A model generated the notes under the pieces. It searched no databases. It had not been told where the DNA came from and was given only the letters and a program-made list of their open reading frames with translations. A stretch of 64,000 nucleotides of DNA from Raillietiella orientalis (taxonomy: Eukaryota), in assembly GCA_036172245.1 (NCBI GenBank), contig JAYWIR010000034.1:930001-994000 (forward strand), given 5' to 3'. The number at the start of each line of letters is the position of its first letter. Within the stretch, counting starts at the first letter, position 1. Of the stretch, positions 38,436 to 50,583 are shown piece after piece. The translations under genes and the position numbers were made by a program.

Positions 38436-39122
38436 CTTTTTTACCTGTTCCTTTGTTCAGAAGCGAACGAGCAGGGCGTCCCCAATTTAGGAATCTCCGT
38501 TCTTCCCGACGCATCCTGCCCATCATTTGATTCGCTCTAGAAGGGTGCATCTGCTCAGCGTGAAGCTGCACCTGCTACGAGATTCAGCCGAGGACGTGCT
38601 CTTAGAGATCGTTCGCGCTCCGCCGTTTTGCTTGGTGGGTTTTTCCCTTTGCGTCTCACATTTGCACCATCCTCAGAGCCTCCTTTTCAGCGTCGCGGAA
38701 CGGCTTTCGTTCTCATTGGCTGCTGCTTCGCATTCTCCGGCGTCGGTTTTTCTCCCGCGCAAAAGTGGGTGGGGGTGAGGAATTTTCACCCCGAAGGTGC
38801 AGAACGCCGGAGGCGCATCCCTTTCCATGCCGCAGCAGCACCTCGGGATTCCAAACAGCTGATCTCTCTCAATCCCGAAAAGGATGACGCGCGTTCCACA
38901 CGGTCCATGGCTTGCAGCCTCAGAGTCTCTCTGCTCTTCTTCTACTCTCTACGTCTGCTCTTCTGATGCCGGGCTTCGAGCATCGTCTTCTCATGCTGCC
39001 CTGTCCATTCGAACCTCTTTGCTCCGTCAATCCCTCTCTCACCGAGTTGCCCGTCTCATCATGCTCCCAGAACAGTAGCAGAAAGCTAGCTGTTTTCTTT
39101 TCCTTTTGTTCCTTGTTTTTTC

Positions 39123-39382
39123 CCCCTCTTCCTCCTCCACCTTCTTCTTGATATCGAGTAGCCAAATGGTAGCAGACATTCAAGGACCATTGCAGAAATC
39201 AGCTGAGCTGTCCTTCCCGTCCGTTTTTTCACACATACTTCTTCGCCTTGGTTCTTCCCTCTTCCTCCTCCTCCTCCTTCTTGATATCGAGGAGCCAAAT
39301 GATAGCAGACATTCAAGGGCCATTGCAGAATTCAGCTGAGCTCTCTTCCCCGTTCGTTCCTTCACACATACTTCGCCTTGGT
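39123..39382 (+). repeat. Two-copy tandem duplication, period ~133 bp
   Basis: TTCTTGATATCGAG..GCCAAATG.TAGCAGACATTCAAGG..CATTGCAGAA.TCAGCTGAGCT...TTCACACATACTTC..CGCCTTGGTT occurs twice, 133 bp apart, with scattered substitutions. Confidence 0.9.
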
Positions 39383-39649
39383 TTCGTGGGAGGCGGGTCT
39401 GAAATCCACTTTACCAAAACCAACGCTTCGGGCCGACTGCAGCGAGCCGTGGTCGTAATCGAGCACTACCAGGGGAGGAAGAGGGTGGGGTCTGCGCGGA
39501 GGGGGAGCAGTAAGAAGAGCAGCAGCCGAAGCTGAAAGCCAGACGGGAGCAAGTTGCGCCGGATCCGCCTGCGCGGTCGATCAGCGTCTCCATCTTCCCG
39601 CCGATGGCTTCTCCTGAGGTCTCACCTGTCGGGACGCCTTCCTAGACGC

Positions 39650-41180
39650 CCGAGCGAGCTTCAGCGCGCGGCGAGGGGTGGTCCAAAGAGACCTCCTATG
39701 TCCAGACTCGTAATTCGCTCGAGGGCAGCATGGACTGGAGTCCGGATCGAAACGCCCAGGACAGGGGGTGTACCGCTCCCTCCGGCAAGGGAAAGGCGGA
39801 GTTGACCGTCCGACTTTCCCATCCTCCCGGGCTGCCCGACAAGTGACCATCTCAATCTCCACGAGAATCCCAGATGGAAGACTGTGGTCCCCTGGCACTA
39901 GCGGAAAGAGCGGGGAAGGATTTTTTCGGTTCTTCTTCACCCCGAGGAGAGGAAAAGAGCAGGTTCTTTCGAACCCTGACCCTTCTCACCCTTGCGGAAA
40001 CGTCCCACACTCGACGAACGCTGCAACCAGCACTCGGGACACGGGGACTTCGGCAACAATCGCATTCACGTCCATCCCGTCCCCGTGGCGACCCGGGAGC
40101 GGCGAAGAAGCTTCTCGAATATTCAGCAATCGGAGGGAGATGGACCCTGGGGGCACTGAGCGCACCTTTAAAAAAAAAAAAAACAAAAGAAAAAGCAAGG
40201 AAGGAAGAGACGGGCAATCGTCGTCGGCATCTCCACACACACGCATTTCGTTCCTTGAACGCGCGCGCGCTTGCTCGTTGCGCTGACGGTTCACAGCAGC
40301 AGCAGCGCCCTCTTCTTGGTGCTGCTCTCTCGATAGCCTCTGCTCCTCCTCCTCGCCTCCTCGAGGCATTCTGGCCGAGACGGGGGACCCGTCTGGAGGC
40401 GGCGCCCCCTCCCCCTTCCGAAACGCAACGAGCGGACACGCCGTTCTGCAACTCCAGGCACGCAGCGCGCAGGTCCCCGACCTCGGTGATATCACCGGAG
40501 ACACCGGCCGCCTGTGAATGGGGGGGTCCTATTACCGCTCTCGTTCTCCACGGCGGCGCAGGGACTCCTCGGGAATCCCATATGAGTCTCCGTGCTTCCC
40601 GAGCCTCCCCTCCAGTGATGCGCGCCAACTGGAAGCTGGGGCTGCTCTCGGGGCGACGTGACGGGCACGCGAAATCGGTAGACGAATAGCGCAGATTCCC
40701 ATCGCAGATCCCAAGGATCCCCGCCTACCTTTTGCTCTTTTTTCCTTTCCCTCTCCTCCCTCCCCCTCCACTCCTCGTTGGAAGAAAAATACCGTGCGAA
40801 CTGCCGGGAGCTGACCAAAAGGCGAGTGGACCCGGTGGGACTTCTTATTGGTGGCGCCGAGTCTCCCCTTCGTGCCCTTCCGTGGCGACAACTGAGATGC
40901 AGACCCCGTGTGACAGACTGCCCCGGATGGAGTTCTCGCCCGCGAAGAAAGTCTTCGGTTCTAATCCAGCAGCCCCCCGGGGAAGTTCCCCGCTCCCCCT
41001 TCCCTCCAGGCTCCAGGATCAGTGAGGACTGGGGCTCAAGGGACGTGCTCGAAACGAACGGGACGCCGCTGCTGCAGGACGCCGGATCGAGGATTTCGGT
41101 AGCTGCACGCTGAGCCCGGAGGGCGCGCGTGTCGGTACGAATGGAGGGTTCCGCCCGTCCCACTTTAGCCCCCTTCAGCA
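39650..41180 (-). mobile_element. Possible highly decayed LINE ORF2 remnant
   Basis: Weak motifs in plausible order: WIRTEDFLRGR, RARRGDSAPP (cf. GVRQGDPLSP), LPSGILVEIE…, LAGGSGTP (cf. GGLGLP). Confidence 0.3.
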
Positions 41181-41339
41181 CTCAGGGAGTTCGGGGACCC
41201 CCGTGCGCATGCGCGAAAACGAGCAGAATGGAGGAAAAGGCATGAGAATCCCTCGAAAAGATCCCCGGATTCCTGGAGGGTGCTGCCGGAAATCGAGAGC
41301 GGGTCCCAGCTTACCAGACGGTCCACCATCTCCGAGGGG

Positions 41340-41860
41340 TGCGCGTTAGGAGGGGTGTCCCGATAGGGACCCGCCCTAACGCGAATCCAAAACGGCTCCG
41401 GAGGAAGGAGTCCCGTTCCTCTCATGCTTGCGAGAGAAACCCGAAGGGAACCTCTTGTTCTCTCCGGAAGCACCTCCCGGTGGGGACAACTCCTCGTTTC
41501 TTCCTGCGAAGAGAACCCTGAAGGGGCGCCTCCAAGTTTCCGTGAAGGGCGCTCCCGAAGAGAGCAGCGCCCTTTTTACACTCCGGAGAAGCGACCCTCG
41601 AGGGGGTATCAGCGAGCTCCATGATACCCGATTAAGGGACAGGTTGCGTTTTCCCAAACTTGGACTCCTGGAAGGACCTCGGAGGGCTCATTTCCAACCT
41701 CGGCCACTTAACGGGGGCATCCGGACTCCACTAGCGCCGCACCTGAATATGGGGCCAACCGACGTCATCTTGTGGGGATAGCTCGAACCCACGACGCGCC
41801 CATTTCCCTGTCGTCGATCCTTCCCCTGATGGGATTCGAACCTGCAACGCTCGGTGTCCC
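41340..41860 (-). repeat. Diverged second member of the SINE-like family
   Basis: B-box-like GGTTCGAATCCC on the minus strand at ~41831-41842; shared body blocks with 7970-8115 in the same orientation. Confidence 0.4.
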
Positions 41861-43669
41861 GCGCGCAGTCGCCGACGCGGGCGCAATCGCGGCCGCGAGG
41901 TTCTCTTTGCCCGCCGGCGCGATTTGCGGCGTTCCGCCCTGGAGAACTGAGCGTTTCGCTCGCGTCCAGGAGCGCGCGCGGGACCCGGCAGAGTTTCGCC
42001 GTGCAGATTCCTCCGCAAAAAACGTTCAGCCGAAGGTTTCGCGGACGCAGTAGTACTGACCAAGTCGGACGGCGGCGGTTCACGTCAATACCGAGCAGCG
42101 AACAGCGACTCCGGGAACCACGGGACTCCCAAGGAGCGCGCGGAGCCCCTTCCGTCGGCTCCAGCTCCGGTTGGAAGAGGAGCAGCCGGAAGGAGAAGAC
42201 GGCGGAGGATGACGAGCGGTCGGAAACTCGCTCTCCCGTCATCGACACGGTCAGCTTGTTTGGTCGCTCGGTCTTGGAGCAGCGATCCCAAAGGAAGCTG
42301 AGTTTCCCAGCAGATGGGCTACTCCCTCGCAGGCTGATGAGAGAATCTTCCGGAACAATAGGACGGAAAAAGGAAACGACCACAAACGTCTCTCTGTCGT
42401 CCTGACTGAAGATCAACTGACGCTTGGTGACGCGCGAGGACTTCGACCGTCAAAGAGGGAGAGCACTCAACTCCCACCGTGGCGGGATGTCACTTTAACT
42501 TTTGGACCCAAGTGTGTGTGATTCATCGGGCATCTTCTCAAGGAAGAGATTGGTTCGAAAACCTTGTCGGCACCCCGAGCCACTCAGATAATCCCGTTAT
42601 GACATCTCTCGACGGGAGAGGCCGCAGACCTCACTGAAATGCTTTCAGTGTCCTTTTTCGTTGTGTTCAGCAGTTTGCTGGATTCAGGTTGTTTTGTGCA
42701 ATCGATTGTGGTGTACAGACAATTTGACCAGTCGCGCGTACGCGCTTCGATCCAGTCACCTGATCGGGATAAGCGTTTCCCTCTCCAGATGAGTAGCAAA
42801 CTATGCTGAAGGCTTGAGGAAGTTTCCAGCTCGCGATTTTATGAGACCACGAATGCTTTCAATGAGTAAAGATACAATTCGGACCATTTAGATAGTGTCC
42901 ATCGGTTTCGAATCCCCAAAGTAAATGCTCGGGTGTTAAGAATTTTCGATTTTTGTTTCTTAGTGTCCATATTTACCACCACCACCACCCTTTTTTTTTC
43001 TTTTTTTCAAATATGGTGTCCCTTCCAGTACTGGATGAATCTTAAATTATATGTAAAAATTGGAAGCACCAGATTATGATACGAAGAGTGCGGTTGAACG
43101 CCGGTCGCGAGGGCGCGTGCTTTCGAGTGGCACATGCACAGTGCCCATCTGGTCAGCTCACTCGAGTGCTTCCGGACACTGACGGACAACTCCGCGCGAA
43201 ACGTGCGTTGTCCACCCGCTTTGGGCGCGGGCTGTCGACCCGGCTCCATAAAAGTGAATCGCGTGTCGGCGCTAAATTGATTGAAAAGTGACCACATCAT
43301 TCTATTTTTTTTCGCTCGGCGACTGTTTGGCGCTCATATTCCCATTTGTTTATCTTTTATTTTTGTTTTTTTCGAGAAATTCCTCATCGTCAAGTCGATT
43401 CATCCGCATATGTGACACTTTCCTGTTGTTGCTACCATTACCATTCTTTTTCATTTTATTTTTATTTTTTTTTTTTTTAAAATAAATACCCAATGTCTTC
43501 GGATTTGGCAAATATTTGTTACTAACCGGAATTTTTTCAGAAACTCTGACACTTTAATCTGGACACAAAGTTTAAACAGCCAGCATTGCAAGATTTGGAA
43601 GAGCTACCACCCGTGCTACTCACGAAATCTCCGTGAGCGTATACGTAAACCGAGCTTGCAGCACGGAGA

Positions 43670-44881
43670 ATGACGAGAAAGTATAGCCTTGAGCAGCCTT
43701 CCTCCGGAAACGGAAGTGTTCTAAACGAAGCATTTCGGTTCGAGTCGATGGAACAGTCCCTTGCGGAAGAAGGCAAAGCAAGCTCGGTCGCAAAGCAAGG
43801 TGACGCCAAGCACCAAGGATGCTATAGCATACAGGTCACGGATTGTCCCTTGTCTAAGGCTGCAGGGATCCCAGAAGGAAAGGGGAAGTGCGTCGTGTCC
43901 GACGAAGCTCGCGGAACAGTAAAAGATCGTTCGGAGTTGTCGAAGCCACCTATTCCCTACTTGGGAGTTTTCCTCACGATTTTCGCCGCTTTCTCCTATT
44001 CCTTCTACTCGGTCTCGGTGAAAAAGCTGCTAGAATATTCGTCCATCATGATAGGTTTTTACCGCGCGCTGTTGTGCTTCGTTCCTTCACTCGTGCTGGC
44101 TGTCTCCGGAAAGCACCATCTCTTCCCTCCGAATTCCAGAAAACTGTTGCTCGCCAGGAGTCTTCTTGGTCTTGGAGGATTGGTTGTGAGTTTGATGGCG
44201 GTCCAAACTCTTCCTTTAGAAGAATCGAGCGTCATCCGGTATTCGTATCCTGCATTTACAGTAATCATAGCGCGGATTTTCCTGAAAGAATTTTGTGGTG
44301 TTATAAGTATCGTCGTCATTGCGTTAGCCATGGGAGGTGTCATACTGGCAGCAAAGCCTTCATTTCTGTTTGGCAATTCCACAGGCACTCTGGACAACCT
44401 CTCTCACCTGAAGGGAATCATCTTTGCTTTAGGCGACGCAATCTCATACGCTATCATTATCGTCATACTTAGGAAGATGAAGGACATAGATCCTTCGGTA
44501 AACATGACGGCATACAACATGGTGTCTTTAAGTGTGTTAGGCGTCATCGCGGCGTCGATTGATGTTTTCAGAATCCCTCAGAGCTGGACAGAGCTAGGTT
44601 GGATCATTGTACTAGGTGTTGGGTCATTTTTGGGCCAGTACGCATCCTCTCTCGCCTGCCGTTTCGAAGAGTCTTCGGTTGTGGCGATAACGCAGACTAG
44701 TGACATCTTTTTCACGTACGTTTGGAGTATTCTGATCTTCCATGAGACCTTTAATTACTTGAGTGCTCTGGGAGCCATGCTGATCCTCTTAGCCGTGTTC
44801 TTGCTGAACATGAGAAAGTGGGTAGAAGAAAAACCTGATTTCTCCAAAATAAAACGGTCATTGAAGTGGATGCTCTTCTGA
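43670..44881 (+). CDS. SLC35G1: SLC35G1-like EamA/DMT-family transporter, single coding exon, 403 aa
   Basis: About 10 hydrophobic segments in two EamA-like repeats. Motifs LLLARSLLG, LPLEESSVIRYSYPAFTVIIARIFLKE, GVILAAKPSFLFG, QTSDIFFTYVW. A splice acceptor (TTTTTTCAG, ~43540) upstream suggests a 5' UTR intron. Confidence 0.88.
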   Translation: MTRKYSLEQPSSGNGSVLNEAFRFESMEQSLAEEGKASSVAKQGDAKHQGCYSIQVTDCPLSKAAGIPEGKGKCVVSDEARGTVKDRSELSKPPIPYLGVFLTIFAAFSYSFYSVSVKKLLEYSSIMIGFYRALLCFVPSLVLAVSGKHHLFPPNSRKLLLARSLLGLGGLVVSLMAVQTLPLEESSVIRYSYPAFTVIIARIFLKEFCGVISIVVIALAMGGVILAAKPSFLFGNSTGTLDNLSHLKGIIFALGDAISYAIIIVILRKMKDIDPSVNMTAYNMVSLSVLGVIAASIDVFRIPQSWTELGWIIVLGVGSFLGQYASSLACRFEESSVVAITQTSDIFFTYVWSILIFHETFNYLSALGAMLILLAVFLLNMRKWVEEKPDFSKIKRSLKWMLF

Positions 44882-45539
44882 TCAACAGTGTGTCTATTAT
44901 GTGAAGCAATTCACGAAGGCCGTCCGAGCAAATGGCGACGTCCTTCCACGCCTTCTAGGTGATCCGTAGAAACTGACTTGATAGTGGCGAATACTCAAAA
45001 GTAAAGTTTAGCAAAATACGAATACGTACTAGATAATAGGATAGAATAGGATCTTTCGATGCGTTCGAACATAAAGGAAGCTGCAAGCAAGTGAAGAAAT
45101 AAAATATGCCCTAGTGCGTGTTATTTTCTCTTACTTTGAGAACGATGCGTTTTTATTCAGCTACAGCCGGTCATTCATTTGACTCGTTCGTACCTCTTTT
45201 TCTTTTTTCCTTTCCTGATGAGGCAAAAAAAGAGAAACCGTGACAAAAAGGGGAGAACACATCACTCAAATCTTGAGCAGTTCCGTGTGAGAGAAAATCA
45301 ATACATAGATACATGCACATATCGATTCTTCTGAAGAACGGATTCATTGCAGAAAGCAGCTCCTTTTGGCAAGCTTGTCTACACGAAGGCAATTTTCCCT
45401 TCTATTAAAGCAACTCTCTTTAACCTTCTGGTAATGGAGAATATATTTCCTAAAGCGCCGTACGTATGAGGCACTAACATTCTTCGTTTCCATTCTGGAA
45501 CCCTCCGCGTGTTCTCTACTTTCCCAATAGAACAAAAAA

Positions 45540-45720
45540 TAGTACCTCCGCCCCTCTATCAAAAAGCATTTACTTCCGAGTAAGCACAAATCCATGCGTG
45601 CGGAAGTAAATGCATCGGCAAGTTAACAGCTCTCTACGCCCTCTCCACTCCAAGTGGTATTTCCACGTTTCGTGACCTGTGGGAACATACGAGCCACGAG
45701 CGTCCCCGTTCAGTATCTCC
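45540..45720 (+). repeat. Diverged direct repeat, second copy ~47195-47360
   Basis: Shared blocks AATAGTA..ATCA.AAAGCATTTACTTCCGAG and AGTGGTATTT...CGTTTCGT.ACC, ~1.65 kb apart. Confidence 0.65.
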
Positions 45721-48529
45721 TGGCTGATAGATAACAGCGCACTTTTAAATGTTCTCCTTAAAAAATTCTTGAATGGCTTCAAACGAAGAATGCAGAGAAT
45801 TTCCTCACGATTTCCCCATTAAGCCTGCGCTGCAAAAGGTGCCTGCAAGTTTCGTTCCTGGAAGCATCCAGCCATCCAGACGGCAAAATGGGAACAGACA
45901 AACGGGAAAATTTCAGTTCCCATGAGATTCCAGCAAACGCTCACCCATCAGGGTTGCCGCGACAACACAAGTTTGTCGTTCGAGACCACGCTGAAACCTT
46001 GTACCGTTCAGGTGTACTTGTGTTGTACAACAAGCGTCGCGCTTTTTTTGTTTTCACAGGCAGCTATCTTTCTAAATAACTTCAGATTTGCCTCCGAGAG
46101 AAGATTGGTAGAAGAGAGGGAAGAGCAGCCGATCGGTTGTACTGCAGAAACCTCAATGAACGAAAGTATAAGATGGGAAACAGCAAAGCACCTAACTATT
46201 CTTGTGTTGAAAGTGGCTATCTTCCCAATATGGGGTGATCGATTACCCCGATTCTTTCTTTCCTCCTCGGAAACACGAATTGTTGATCTATTGACATAGG
46301 CATCTAAACGTTTAGATGCTTAACATCCAAGTGTCTAATGAAAATTCTGGATAAGTGAGACACGAACCGCAGAAACGTTTCGGTCCAGCTTGTAGGCTTG
46401 CTTTAGCAAGCTCTTTCATGATTTTGGCATTATTGATCATCATTCATACTTGTATTCACTGCAGCGCAAGTTACGGTGAATCCAATCGTCGAACAATCTA
46501 TGCATCTTTCGTTTTCAACTTCGATTTCCCCCTTTTTCTAGATACTTTTCGTAGATCCCATTTTCTTCAAATTACAGAACTTTCGTTGAAGTTATTTTGA
46601 TTCACATTATTAAGCAAAGATACTGCACGTGGAATAGTTTTATCACTTATAAGTTTAGGTCTTTCTGTGCCTATGCATCTTATTGCTCTCATTTCTACGT
46701 ACCAGTAATTTTCGTACACATTGCTGAGAGAACGGGAACGACAGTTCAAAAGTACATGCTTTCCCCATTTCTGCAATCACTTTTCTTTCAGCCACAATAG
46801 ATTTCCTTCGGAATTTTCGTGTTAAACTGAAAGCATCTGCTGCGGCAGAAAAGTGTCCGGAAGTCTGATTGTCCGTAGTGTATGGAAACCTCAGAGGACA
46901 ACGAAGCAACCAGAAAAAAAATTCCACTTCCGCCGCGGGACTTCAAAATCACATCGATGCGTGCATTCGTTGCAAGCATGTAAAAGTCGCAAGGAAAGGC
47001 ACAAGAATCTTTTCCGTAAGTCCGATTTTGGATGAAAAACACAGCTTGCAGGATAACTAAAAGACTACGCCAATATGGAGACTCGCGAACAAGTAAAGTG
47101 ATTTATAGATAACACCACAGTATATTGATCTCCATAATTAAATTCATTCCACTCTCAAGCTCTCTACGTGGCCTTTGTTTTCCTAATGGATTCCAAATAA
47201 ATAGTATCGTCCTTATATCAGAAAGCATTTACTTCCGAGAGAGCAAAAATTAATGGACGTGGGATAAACGAACCGGTGCAACTTGACTAGGTAAACAGTC
47301 TCTCTATCCGAGTGGTATTTCTCCGTTTCGTCACCCATAAGACTGTACGAAACCATGGGCGATCCCTCCATTCTCCCCTATTTGTTCCTAGTCATTCAAA
47401 GCTTAGCTACAAAAGATATGGAATCAGTAACTAGTCTTGAAGTGGAGTACTTGAGAGCGAAATATTTTTCTTAAGTCAGTTGGACTTTTTCGGGAACAAC
47501 TATGTATCGCAATTAATTTCGGGTGTTTGCTTTCAGAAATCCGAAACAATAACCTGGATGTATTCCAGCTCAATTCATTCGAATTTCACGAAACCTGATT
47601 CTCCATTGTAATGAATGATGATTTCATGCTATGGTTGCTTATGTGGGTAATGTGCGTGCTTTGTGGGTAGGAACATAGGGAACAAAGTTATTTACTCAAG
47701 CTGGGAACGATCTACCAAAGCATTTATCAGAGCTTGTTGTTCTTCAGTCCATAGACAGCATCAAGAGATATGGCAGCCAGATCGAAAAAAGCTGCTGAAC
47801 GTGCTCCCGAAATGCCGAAGTTCATACATGTGTTAGTAACCATTTTACAGAGTGCACCATTTTGCGAATGCCCACTTCCTCTAAAATTTCTCACAACCAT
47901 ATCAGAGTGGAGAAAGCAGAAACAAGAAAATACAGTTGTATTTCCCTTTGTTTTTGTTTCTGCTTTCTGAGTTTCGCCCTCTGAAACAATTGCATTTAAT
48001 TCATATGTGCCCCACTATTAACCACCGAAAATAATTTACAATGGGTGATAAATTTTGGTTCGCAACTGGAAATTCCTGAAAGCATTATGATAGTGAGTGC
48101 CAGCGATCCAGCTAACAACGAACAAATCTACAGACTGTATAGATGTAAACAGAAATGTCACTTGTTCCACAAGATCAAACTTTTGTGTAATGAAACAAAT
48201 TGAAGTGATCAATAGTAGCTTTGTTCTTTTTACCACTTGATGTGGATTCTAAAGACCATAAGCATTGCACCGAATCCACTATATGTCTAATTAGCCGTTT
48301 TCTTCCTCACAATTCTCATTCGTTTTTGTTTTGCTTTTCACTCCTTCGTGTAGAGGAAACAGTCGGGAAACCACCTGACAAAACAAATTATTTACCGAGG
48401 ATTGAATGACAGTTTTTTCTATCAAACGGGATTTATCCAAATTAACAATTACACTGCCTTATAATATAAATATATTGTAAAATACAGATATTGATCTGTG
48501 TAGGTAGTTCAAACGAAAGGAAACAAATG

Positions 48530-48593
48530 CTATGTATAAACTATGGTGTATTTATTATGTCCACGGCTATGTATAAACTATGGTGTATTTATT
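48530..48593 (+). repeat. Short direct duplication (~27 bp x2)
   Basis: CTATGTATAAACTATGGTGTATTTATT occurs twice, separated by ~10 bp. Confidence 0.85.
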
Positions 48594-49809
48594 TATTTAA
48601 AAGCTCATAGAGCACGTACTGATCATTGATGTGACCATGCTTTAACAGCCGATAGCCTCCAGCGTTCGCACCTCAAAGTGGGTACTCGGGCCGCAACGGC
48701 CTTCCGCGGGCTTTTGAGATGAGAGCAATGCGCTAACTGCATTGAGAAACTGAAATTGCATTCGTTTGAATTCAGAAAAGTTGTTCTCGCATCTTTAATC
48801 TCGGGATACGCGTTATAAGTTTTCTTTGGTGTCAAATTGAGCACAGGAATGTCAAAGGGTGAACAATTTCCTGCTGTATGTCCTTATTCACAATATTGAC
48901 ACAAATGTGGGCGCATTGTGAGTTTGGTAACCAATGTGATGATTCAAAAACGTTACCATATCGCTTAATTTGTGGATAATTACAGTTTACAAAGTTGGTA
49001 TGTAGAGTCAGGTTCCACCCGTTCCATCCTGAGCACCGCAAAATGGTACTAATGAGATTTTTGCCATAATTGTAGCGTAGGATGAAATCAAGCAGTGGAT
49101 TCACACGTATGTCAAAATTGACTCATTTTTATCTACTGCACGGTGTTCATATCGCTGATAGTTTTTTTGAAAGATTCATCTGTTTTTAAAGACAGTGAAG
49201 AACCTGAAATTTTGCTCAACTTTGAAGTGACAGCTTTCCTATATGTGCTTATGCATTTGAATTTTTGATTTTGGCCTGCTTCATTTGCCTCTTTGCTTTC
49301 CTTAATACTAAAAGTCTCCTTATATCACACCACTGGCTCTGGATTTCTTTAATGTACTTGCACCACTGCTTCTTAATTGTACTTGATCACTTTCACAGTA
49401 AGTTTTGCTTTAGCATGAACACAAATTTTCTGCCATCAAAGAGCCCGAACTTCCTACAATGGCTGTTTTCATTCCAATCACACTTTTAACATTTAATCAA
49501 AATATCCGTAACAAATGCATTTAAATCAATTTTCAACTGAATATAAACCAGATATATTAAAATTTCGCTACACCTTAAAACTGAGAATATTTATTAAATA
49601 GCACAGTGTTCCAACATTTCATTTTTCAATATGAATTCAAAATCTTGCTAGTAAGACAACTGTACACTTCACAGAAAATGACTTTGAAAGTATTCACTTG
49701 AGAATCAAGGAACTGAATGCCAAATGTGAAAATGAGCTCATTATCCACAAAGGTGTGTGGGCAAGCAGAAGGTAACTTAAATTTGTCAAACACTAAAAGC
49801 TAGCAAATT

Positions 49810-49950
49810 CAAGCTTCAATGGAGATGCTAGGCACTGTGCCATCTAGAAAAATGAAATCAAGATGCAGAAAACCAGTTTCCACAAACTGCAACACATCAT
49901 ACATCTTTTTGTTCAATCTGACAACAGTTGTCACATACATTATTTTCATA
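49810..49950 (-). pseudogene. Decayed partial duplicate of CDC14 exon 7
   Basis: Translates [41 protein letters not shown] versus the functional [42 protein letters not shown] frameshift precedes it and a stop follows it. Confidence 0.85.
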
Positions 49951-50583
49951 GAACCAGCTTCGAACACAAAAGTATCAACCTCACTAGATTCAACATGTTT
50001 TCACATTTCAAACAAATAAATCCCACAGAAATACAAATATAAATCTAAACTGTTGTTTATTACCCAAATTTTTTTTTCTGGCACATTTCAGAATACATAA
50101 AGTTTCATTAAACAGACAAAGAACTGAGTACATATATGTTGGGATATTATGATGATCCATGTTGCATAGTCCATTTGCTTCCTCAACTGAACAGGAATAT
50201 GAACATACACGTACAGTTTTTGTGATCCATTCCTCAACCAATTTGTGGATTCTTGAAATAGCATTTTATTATTAAGTAACCTTGTTCATTTCACCACGCA
50301 GGAAAGCTCACCTTTTGTGAACAGACAAGGCTTCGCAGTTCTATGAATCAAAGCAATGACAAATAGATTTCTTTCCATCCTCAACTGAAAATTTACATTT
50401 TGCATAACATCACTCCAGATATATCATGCTCATATGAGAGTTTAATAATTCCTTGTGGTTTATCTAATGCTTAACAGGTAGAAAATAAGGGTTTTTGTTA
50501 GTCTTTGCATTATTACCATTTGTAATTAATGTGATGATGCAAGTGATAAGACTGAATAATCCATAAGAGCTGGATAATTTGAC

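Noticed and set aside
39123..39382. CRISPR-like repeat array
   Set aside because: Only two long degenerate units without unique spacers; eukaryotic context and no cas genes.
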